Shown here one piece after another: positions 20,001 to 25,237 of a DNA stretch of 25,237 nt. The notes below the pieces were generated by a model that made no database searches, was not told the DNA's origin, and saw only the letters and a program-made list of their open reading frames with translations. How positions within the stretch are numbered: position 1 is the stretch's first letter; the number at the start of each line of letters is the position of its first letter. Position numbers and translations under genes: made by a program. This stretch comes from a virus (Duplodnaviria > Caudoviricetes): IMG/VR virus record IMGVR_UViG_3300017913_000835, positions 1 to 25,237 of that record. The stretch is one strand, 5' to 3'.

Positions 20001-20430
20001 CTTTGCTAACGGTAATGTAAACGTTGCTGCTTTTGTAGGAAGCTCTATCGATGACGGATTTAGAGCTTATACAGCAGGAAGTCGGACTTTCCAACACTTC
20101 CAAATAAAATATGTTATAACCAATAGTAAGCCTGATGAATTCGACTTTACAATTGATAAATTTAGGTATACTATAGAAAAGAATCAGGTCATTTTTACCG
20201 ACACTGTAACTTATGATAGTAGTCCAAAGCTTTTTGATTATTCTGCACAAGGGTATAGCAGTAGACCTACTATACAGATACAGCCAATAGGCACTGCGAC
20301 TGCTCAAACGGCTGTGGTTACTGCGGGTAATGCTAGTAATGCATCATTCCAACTTTATGATATTGAGAATAATGCAGTAGTACCAACAGATCAAAGCGTG
20401 CAAGTACAGGTGACGGTAACAGGAGTATAA
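14062..20430 (+). CDS. Tail tip attachment/central fibre protein J-like (host specificity)
   Basis: 2122 aa, TTG start overlapping the gpI stop (TTGA) with SD ggag. gpJ motifs include GLGEGPV, SYPRTA, KGLIVKVPSNY, YVGTWDGTF..SWTQNPAWIIYDILTN..YGLG, AQYCD and LSPGDVVSV. Fibronectin-III-like beta segments occur in the C-terminal half. Confidence 0.92.
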   Translation: MSNLQKSYVFHNGQIVPRITGGKGGKGGGGGGGGISEDPNSLFSTDILFVTVGLGEGPVYRINPNGPQDIEIQDGAIDDLILLDGDGSEDTDKFKTLSSTGTTVQSPLPVFGEAIVSPQNFKSPVTLKKGNIDGIPQSRVLLQDTSQNDWDALKFLFTLNGLQKTESNGNIKGHSVTVKITVFDRIGTTEIASTEKTIDGKTNTSFKFSVKVEIPAASKSTDGYKFTIEKTSSDSESSLIIENIQSIGWFEIENSPQSYPRTAHIGYAIKATSEHQGGIPNFTSMVKGLIVKVPSNYNQPTLSNGEIDWRHIEVPESKRTTNGYYLQQAGLPLLTASGNGATTDIQGQGIDISISTGTSYYTSFSTTITQANSGFSGNQTSGNWNVIRENAGSGTGTWTASILDASVNLSGSILGKDLTITKNGVKVVGLTASTVAKGYGPIECDPGDVIVWTCSGGIGGGGTINRSQSWAWSGSGYTIGYTTNTNGGASGTANSQTITLTNNNASNLDIELQPSGTTGITTETVVEDGDSVNLRSALSSTDDAWQVTFAVLPVGVTSATVKKEADPQIYVGTWDGTFVYSWTQNPAWIIYDILTNQTYGLGVPEDNIDKYKFYQVAQYCDACDAITGKFIGVKGQADGSFRHKPKDEFTSIRETLVGLPNGTVVDERRFVCNTVVSDQEQSMDLLNTITGAFRGSLVYSLGKLSLAIDMPEEYPSMIFNETNIETGTFQISGNKESDILTGVDVSYVEPTNHFKRETVRIDTVDANDGTDRNTVENIASLDLPTVTRRSEALRFAQYQIAASRYQRRTINFNTSTDALSLSPGDVVSVSQNMSGLNFGFGGKVASNSVTTADKANVLLEHFTEPTLANTTFTANSDPLALRIISMDDDRIDLYILSNTAFTLTKTDNVGSGFDLANVSVVARFNPITKGLDDYTTFTSNNAPKKGDLWSIGEWVNPNDFYTSKAGKLFKVTDISRDPDQEKIVVGAIEYISNIYVDSDTFIDYTPTAYTDIISPLSTPPVPTLNFRAVPRRQYDGSIVTDGIVEVTTEREDYTQSIKNEFFIARPDDATIVDNAYLGSPLNIVVNNADVTANGEVAQLIGKNGFSGFIGELRLLCTDVSAVDSSSNIEFTVRGLNDAFDENFHKHILDVNDSSFLGLKGDDALRFPVNEKASQAGRRNFVAFGGVESELSSNIVDFDVSNNTIKIENITTANQTLFDRTLSAPFFVKIDQLLDSRYYDNTSFYVTGTEQTFIESGNINTSLATQTIELPVKAEDKNFIRFSVDGLDKSAGQYTYNKNDALSVNANIQYSTSPSDTSFRVEVDHYTVPTIEVGDNVITSFNNVFSVINTSYDTSSDEYNVAATSNTIYRVYLDREPVNNLAGFQFTNISQNPSGSLGNVIDSNATFNYDTSAFPGSFNLANHKLYTLTTGSDFERFSMPEDRVIRDLDLGITSLRVRNRNTMGRFSPFIEKSVTVEELPIQKVQGVAITESLYREQTGGVAVRVTISFDHIVGQEVTDYEISYKLDAVEDVGTNDGGADLTSFNTVKIPATGVDDDGKIRFTVNGINRGVTSGSNFITFRVTPLNKNLRGITSIQSSAIIGKTAPPLNVFNFGGGQSALNITLFWEYERTNDELTDLDLKEVVIRRIQGTQSASVQNFINGVPFVTVASGVSTKTLPIDAFGTFTYLARTRDTSGNFSNDVQAVTITTTRPKSSTVVQAYNEDDPSTDFTDIVNTNTDETFFPSFANSNTGGLAIHALPTSLVDNANGTSTGFSAVAGESTDLLADSSATYFTQVRDFGQEVEGFINIDIEGTQSIQSTYFDQQETIYSSTIDASPSNVLVDDSFGGIGHNLGFGNTIVTNFRFDSNNQTLMSGGVSGNVYAISLPGNFTDDESNANAFALVAGTINANAIELGETFFANGVSTGGNTLANLQVAGTSYELVSLNQYNDFGGTDTFVGSIGALTTQTFIRISTADSDTMFFANGNVNVAAFVGSSIDDGFRAYTAGSRTFQHFQIKYVITNSKPDEFDFTIDKFRYTIEKNQVIFTDTVTYDSSPKLFDYSAQGYSSRPTIQIQPIGTATAQTAVVTAGNASNASFQLYDIENNAVVPTDQSVQVQVTVTGV

Positions 20431-20431
20431 T

Positions 20432-21658
20432 GTGTCATTAATAAACTCAAACACATACATAGAACCTACTGCAGGTACAGCTCTTAATACAGCAAGAACC
20501 CAGTTTAATAACTCTCTTCGTTCTATCCTAACTAACTTTAGGTCCGAAGGCACTCCTGCTACAACTAATATACAAGCAGATGGAGCAGGTATTGGCGAAC
20601 AAGACGGTATGCTATATAGAAGCGCTACCACTAATGCTCTTTACATATCTGACTCTGTACACGTAAAAGGAGCTCCCGTAGGAGGTAACTTTACCCGTGT
20701 TGGTATAGGTAATAGAGTTGAAAACGGTATTGCAGCTTTAGTAGCTAACTCTGCTTCTTATGAAATAGGGGAATTGGCAGCTACACCATCAGCTTCTGGT
20801 GGATTAGCTTCAAACGCACGTTTATATCTTATTACTGATAACTCTGGGGGCATGATTGACGTAGGTATACCTCCTACGAACGGATCAGTAACTAACTTGA
20901 TGTTAGCTACTAACTCTATAACTTCTGACAGAATAAAAGACGGTAATGTACTTATTACTAAGGTAGACTTTACGTCTGCAACTGGTGATGGTTTAGTCGG
21001 CAAAGATGCTACATTAAAAATATCTTCAACTGTAGATGCTAACACTTCAATCGCTCTAGGTACACAAAATACAACCTCTAATGTAGCTTTTGTTTTTGCG
21101 CCTAGATTCTCAGGGGTGGAATCAGGATTTAATGCTCTTGATCAGGCTAAAAACTATGTACCAGTAGCTTCTAATCTAGCTTTGCAATCTGCTATTCAAG
21201 GCGGTACTACGATACCTGTTCCTATCGTGCCAGCAGGTTCTATTATGGCATGGTCAGGTAGCACAGCACCAGATGGTTGGTTATTATGTGACGGTACTGC
21301 TGTAAATCGTACTACCTATGCTGCTCTTTTTGCCGTCGCTGGTACTGCTTATGGTATTGGTGACGGTTCTACTACCTTCAACGTACCTGATGCTCAAGAT
21401 AGAGTTCTAATAGGTAAAGGCACTAATAATGGTACACTAGGAACTCAAACAGGATCTTTATCAGCCTCTTCGCAACTGACCACAGACGCTGATGGTGACG
21501 GTGACTTAACTGTCGGAACTAAAACAATCGATGATACTTTATCAAGCGGAACAAAAGATGTTACACAGGTTGATTTGGCAACAACTGTAACTCAGGCTTC
21601 TCATACTCACACTGCAACAGTCCCCTCTTCTGTAGTAAACTACATAATTAAAACTTAG
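20432..21658 (+). CDS. Tail fibre-like protein with phage tail collar domain
   Basis: GTG start with SD aggag (20421-20425). VPAGSIMAWSGSTAPDGWLLCDG.AVNRTTYAALFAVAGT.YG.GDGSTTFNVPD is a tail collar domain, and the C-terminus SHTH...P...VNYIIK is typical of collar-domain proteins. Confidence 0.85.
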   Translation: MSLINSNTYIEPTAGTALNTARTQFNNSLRSILTNFRSEGTPATTNIQADGAGIGEQDGMLYRSATTNALYISDSVHVKGAPVGGNFTRVGIGNRVENGIAALVANSASYEIGELAATPSASGGLASNARLYLITDNSGGMIDVGIPPTNGSVTNLMLATNSITSDRIKDGNVLITKVDFTSATGDGLVGKDATLKISSTVDANTSIALGTQNTTSNVAFVFAPRFSGVESGFNALDQAKNYVPVASNLALQSAIQGGTTIPVPIVPAGSIMAWSGSTAPDGWLLCDGTAVNRTTYAALFAVAGTAYGIGDGSTTFNVPDAQDRVLIGKGTNNGTLGTQTGSLSASSQLTTDADGDGDLTVGTKTIDDTLSSGTKDVTQVDLATTVTQASHTHTATVPSSVVNYIIKT

Positions 21659-21666
21659 GAGATTTT

Positions 21667-22128
21667 ATGGAATATGTTAAGATATTTTTAGACGAAGAAA
21701 AACAAAATGTTGGGTTTTTTACGTATAGAGATTTATCGCTAGGAAAGATGGGATCAAGAATTGAAAAGGCATTTCCTTTAGACGTTCTTGCAGAACACGA
21801 AACTCATATCTATGAGTTGATAAAGGACGATATTGTTGGTATTTATTTTGAACAACGAAGAGACGGTTCTATCGTTGCTAACAAGATTAACTGGGACGAC
21901 TCTACAGATCCCCTAGAAGACGATCAGCAGACTTACTTGGTTAACTTATGCAAAGAAATTTGTGTTGATAATAAGTATGACTCGTTGAATGCTCCTCCAA
22001 CAGTAGAACAACAAGTTGAAGATTTTATTAAAGAGTTTTTTGAAAACGACGAGGAAGAACCCTTAGAACAAAAAGACTTTTTAGCTGAGTTCTTTGCAGA
22101 GCTTGAAGAGGACGAAAAAAATGATTGA
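21667..22128 (+). CDS. Hypothetical acidic protein (possible fibre assembly factor by position only)
   Basis: Good SD (aggag) and ATG. 153 aa with a very acidic C-terminus. No family recognised. Confidence 0.6.
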   Translation: MEYVKIFLDEEKQNVGFFTYRDLSLGKMGSRIEKAFPLDVLAEHETHIYELIKDDIVGIYFEQRRDGSIVANKINWDDSTDPLEDDQQTYLVNLCKEICVDNKYDSLNAPPTVEQQVEDFIKEFFENDEEEPLEQKDFLAEFFAELEEDEKND

Positions 22129-22327
22129 TTGGCATCATCTTAAAAAAGCAAATACTAACTATTTTGCTCATATGATTGTTGCCGTATATTATAGTTTTTT
22201 AGGTTTGTTTGTTTTTATGTTAGGTATTATACATGCTATTTTTCCCTTTTTATTTGGATTTACTCCTTATAAAATAGCTAAAAAAATAACAGATGGAACT
22301 GAAAAGAACTTTATTAAAGGAGAGTAA
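22121..22327 (+). CDS. Small membrane protein, DUF6356-like
   Basis: The likely start is ATG 22121 (SD gagga), overlapping the upstream gene end. HL....NYFAHM..A...[hydrophobic]..G.IHAIFPFLF matches my recollection of the DUF6356 pattern. Confidence 0.6.
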   Translation: MIDWHHLKKANTNYFAHMIVAVYYSFLGLFVFMLGIIHAIFPFLFGFTPYKIAKKITDGTEKNFIKGE

Positions 22328-23875
22328 ATGCCTTTAACTCGGGTAACTACCAGCGCTATTGGTGCAAACGCCATTAGCGCAGATAAAATGCAAAACAGCT
22401 CTATTTCTACTAGGCATTTTCAACCTGGTACGATTACACTTGGGCTACTTGAGGCTAATGCTAACACAGTAGCAGTAGAGACACGAGTTAATGCTAATCT
22501 TGACGTTCTACAAGACAATGTTGATATCGTTTCTTCTAATGTATCAGCAGTTGAATCAAGACGTTTACAGAACACCACTACATTTACTACAAATATTAAC
22601 ACAGTCTCCTCAAATGTCGATACAGTATCTTCAAATACTACTGATAACCAAACAAATATTAATACCGTTTCTTCAAATGTTGATACCGTACAAGATAACG
22701 TGGCTACGTTATCAACAAACGTTACGGGTATTATTGATGGCACAACACAGTTTACTGACGATAAAATTTTTCAACAAAATGTAACAGTACAAGGTAACTT
22801 GATTGTTGTAGGTTCGCAAGTTGATCTTGGAGTCGGTACTGCTACTATTGACGATAACTTTATTGTAGTATCTGCTAATCTTACAGGAACCCCCGCTACT
22901 GATTCTGGTATTATTGTAAACCGTGGTTCAGAAGGTAACGTATTTATTGGTGATCATATCGCAGAAGACGGTATAGTATTTGCTTTATCTCAGTCTCCTC
23001 ACGATAACGCAACAATAGCTATCCAAGAATATCTAGATGTGCATGCCAATGCATTCCACGCAGAATCTGGTATGAATTTTAGCCGTGTACACTTTTCTCA
23101 TGTAGACGACGAATCTACTGGTATTTTGATTGATACTACTAATACACACATCAAGTTCATTGTAGGTGGGTCAGAACAAGCTAACCTTACAAGTGGGGGT
23201 AACTTACACTTAGCCCAAGGCTCTATTCACTCTGGTAACCTAAATGGAGGCAACCAGATTGACCTAGATGATGATAGTTTAGCTGATAGACAAAACTCAA
23301 TAGTAATTCGTTCTCTTCAGTCTGTTGGTATGTTCCTTGATTGGAATGATTCTGAAGGTGGTAACTTTTTTAATATTTATGATGCCGAAGATGATCCAAA
23401 CAACGTAACAAAAGATGACGGCTTATTCTCAGTTCGTGATACAGGTGACGTGTTTGTTGATCAATCTATTAATATTGGTACTACTGCAAACGTTAACGGA
23501 GTCGATCTAGTATCAAACGACTTTGTAACCTTTACTAGACTTAACGCAAACCTAAATGTAGTATCCTCTAATGTTGTTGGAGCAGAAACAAGACTAAATG
23601 CTAACCTTGATATAGTACAAGATAACGTAGCTGCTATAGCAGGAGGAGGAGTACTTCTTACCCCCTTCAATAATGTGAACACTGCAACAGGAACTTCAAA
23701 CGTCTTCTTTATAGGCCAAGACGTAGCAGCACACGCAAATATTACTACGGTATCTTTAGACGGTATAGTCCAACCTAATACAGAATTTGTTCCCAACTTT
23801 TCTAACGATACTATTCAATTTAAAGATGCTAGCATACCCTCTGGAACAATTGTAACAATAAACTCGTTGGCCTGA
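22328..23875 (+). CDS. Putative fibre/structural protein with Asn-Val heptad coiled-coil repeats
   Basis: SD aaggag. N-terminal MPLTRV...I...AIS.DK, heptad repeats (NLDVLQD NVDIVSS / NINTVSS NVDTVSS), a VTVQGNLIVVG...IDDNFI...DSGIIVNRGS segment seen in phage fibres, a second coiled-coil and a C-terminal beta module. Confidence 0.7.
   Translation: MPLTRVTTSAIGANAISADKMQNSSISTRHFQPGTITLGLLEANANTVAVETRVNANLDVLQDNVDIVSSNVSAVESRRLQNTTTFTTNINTVSSNVDTVSSNTTDNQTNINTVSSNVDTVQDNVATLSTNVTGIIDGTTQFTDDKIFQQNVTVQGNLIVVGSQVDLGVGTATIDDNFIVVSANLTGTPATDSGIIVNRGSEGNVFIGDHIAEDGIVFALSQSPHDNATIAIQEYLDVHANAFHAESGMNFSRVHFSHVDDESTGILIDTTNTHIKFIVGGSEQANLTSGGNLHLAQGSIHSGNLNGGNQIDLDDDSLADRQNSIVIRSLQSVGMFLDWNDSEGGNFFNIYDAEDDPNNVTKDDGLFSVRDTGDVFVDQSINIGTTANVNGVDLVSNDFVTFTRLNANLNVVSSNVVGAETRLNANLDIVQDNVAAIAGGGVLLTPFNNVNTATGTSNVFFIGQDVAAHANITTVSLDGIVQPNTEFVPNFSNDTIQFKDASIPSGTIVTINSLA
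22478..22722 (+). repeat. Intragenic heptad repeat array including a degenerate 63-bp (21-aa) duplication
   Basis: aatattaacacagtctcctcaaatgtcgatacagta (22592-22627) and aatattaataccgtttcttcaaatgttgataccgta (22655-22690) both encode NINTVSSNVDTV and differ only at synonymous sites. Confidence 0.8.
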
Positions 23876-24861
23876 TGAAAAAATATAGACAACTAACTAC
23901 AGAACTTACATTTAGATGTAATGCTAAATGCCCAGCCTGTCATCGCTGGAAAGATCTGCGTATAAATCTCAATGATCCTAAATATACTATTACTCTTGAT
24001 AACTTCAAAAGATTGTTTAACAAAGAACTTTTAAATGGTTTAGAATGGCTAGTTATCAATGGTAACTTTGGCGATTCTGTAATGAACAAACAGTTTCGTG
24101 ACATTATTTCTTATGTTAAAGAACAAGACACTAGGATTTTAATACATACCAATGGCGGAGTTCATGGTCACGATTATTGGACTGACGTAGGTAATATACT
24201 TACCAAGGATGATATTATAAACTTCGATCTAGACGGTTTACAAGATACTCACCACATATATAGAGTTAATACTCAGTTCGATAAAGTTTTTTCTAATGCT
24301 CAGTCTGTGATAGCTACTAATAGACCTCAAGTGCATTGGAAATATATAGTTTTTGAACACAATAAGCATCAAGTTGAAACTGCAAGACAGATAGCTATTG
24401 ATGCAGGTTTTACTACTTTTTCTACAGTGAAAACTTCTAGAGATATTTTTGCACCTAAAAGCGGCTCATTTGTCCATGCTAAAAAAACTGATGCCTATTT
24501 AAATGCTGAAAAAAAGATTAGATGCGTGTGGGGAGATTGGGGTAAGTGGTATATATCTCCTGAAGGTCTGGTTTTTAGATGTTGTTGGACAGGAGGTCAC
24601 TATTATGATGAAACAAATGAAAAATTTTATTATCCTCCTAAATTTGAGCGTATGTTTAACGGTTTTGAAGTTCCCATCCAAAAAATAATAAGTTATGATT
24701 ATTGGAGTAAGTTACAACAATATTTACAAGGATATGATAGATCTTTTAAACTATGTAAGTCTCAATGCGGTAAAATAGTATCCTCTATAGAAAAAACAGA
24801 AGATAATCTTAAAACAGGCGAAAAAACATATTTTGATGCTTACAATCAGAATGGAAACTAA
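23875..24861 (+). CDS. Radical SAM enzyme with C-terminal SPASM/twitch-like domain
   Basis: ELTFRCNAKCPAC (CxxxCxxC, nt 23917-23940), NGNFGD, IHTNGG and FDLDGL..THHIYR. C-terminal C.W....WYISPEG.VFRCCW...CKSQC. The start overlaps the upstream stop (TGATG). Confidence 0.92.
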   Translation: MKKYRQLTTELTFRCNAKCPACHRWKDLRINLNDPKYTITLDNFKRLFNKELLNGLEWLVINGNFGDSVMNKQFRDIISYVKEQDTRILIHTNGGVHGHDYWTDVGNILTKDDIINFDLDGLQDTHHIYRVNTQFDKVFSNAQSVIATNRPQVHWKYIVFEHNKHQVETARQIAIDAGFTTFSTVKTSRDIFAPKSGSFVHAKKTDAYLNAEKKIRCVWGDWGKWYISPEGLVFRCCWTGGHYYDETNEKFYYPPKFERMFNGFEVPIQKIISYDYWSKLQQYLQGYDRSFKLCKSQCGKIVSSIEKTEDNLKTGEKTYFDAYNQNGN

Positions 24862-25065
24862 ATGAAAGTTACTAACAAAGTTGGAAAATTTAAATTTTTA
24901 AGATTCCCTAACAGGGGTCCTAGGCAGAATAAGAAGATATCTAAGCTTGCTACTTCTGGAAAATTAAGTTATCCTACACTTGAGAAATTTATTAATAAAG
25001 AACGTTCGCTCGGGTATCCAATAAGATATTCTAAGCCTATCGGTTTTAAAAGGAAAAGAAGATGA
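24862..25065 (+). CDS. Small highly basic hypothetical protein
   Basis: The ATG directly follows the rSAM stop and the stop overlaps the next ATG (ATGA). 21 of 67 residues are K/R and only 2 are acidic. Confidence 0.6.
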   Translation: MKVTNKVGKFKFLRFPNRGPRQNKKISKLATSGKLSYPTLEKFINKERSLGYPIRYSKPIGFKRKRR

Positions 25066-25237
25066 TTAAAAATTTAAAAGACTTAATAATAGTATTTTTA
25101 ACAGGTGGAGTGCTAACACTTTTAGGAGTGATTATAATTGGAGATTATTACGTTGCTCTTATAGAGAACAGACCAGTTGACGAAAGCGTAATTACTCTTA
25201 TGAAGATGAGTTTAACAGGGTTGATTGGCATTATAGC
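25062..25237 (+). CDS. Small membrane protein (two hydrophobic segments, possible holin), 3'-truncated
   Basis: Not in the ORF track because it runs off the window. It reads MIKNLKDLIIVFLTGGVLTLLGVIIIGDYYVALIENRPVDESVITLMKMSLTGLIGII..., with an ATGA overlap to the previous gene. Confidence 0.6.
   Translation, partial: MIKNLKDLIIVFLTGGVLTLLGVIIIGDYYVALIENRPVDESVITLMKMSLTGLIGII

Noticed and set aside
22094-22120. TTG at 22094 as the start of the small membrane protein
   Set aside because: ATG 22121 has an SD (gagga) and a short overlap with the upstream gene end, so it is the better start.
14062-23875. Diversity-generating retroelement or invertible fibre cassette
   Set aside because: No reverse transcriptase or invertase gene is present, and I noticed no template/variable repeat pair or inverted recombination sites by eye. 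An exhaustive self-alignment was not possible.
658-24681. Numerous minus-strand ORFs of 60-120 aa (e.g. 658..975, 5968..6303, 11838..12197, 22420..22743)
   Set aside because: They lie antisense to well-supported plus-strand genes and show no recognisable motifs. They are best explained as shadows of codon bias.

Overview
The window is a tightly packed, all-plus-strand tail morphogenesis operon of a long-tailed (siphovirus-type) bacteriophage. The proximal part is T5-like: tail completion protein (5'-truncated), tail terminator, major tail tube protein, a tail assembly chaperone pair joined by a -1 frameshift, and a tape measure protein. The distal part is a lambda-type tail tip: enlarged gpM/Dit with a LamG domain, gpL with its 4-Cys motif, a gpK function split into two NlpC/P60 genes plus a stand-alone JAB gene, ubiquitin-like gpI, and a 2122-aa gpJ. 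Two fibre-like genes and several small ORFs follow. Four features stand out. (1) The only long intergenic region (2845-2972) holds two interleaved perfect helices (pseudoknot topology), one strand of which can alternatively pair with the downstream ribosome-binding site. (2) Two radical SAM genes are embedded in, and translationally coupled to, the structural operon, one between gpL and the gpK-like genes. (3) Tip and fibre proteins show a visible excess of Ala/Ser/Gly-Asn dipeptides. (4) The gpJ N-terminus carries a copy of the gpI-type P-x-I-x-GG putative JAB cleavage motif. All calls come from motif recognition and gene order; no database search or folding computation was run.
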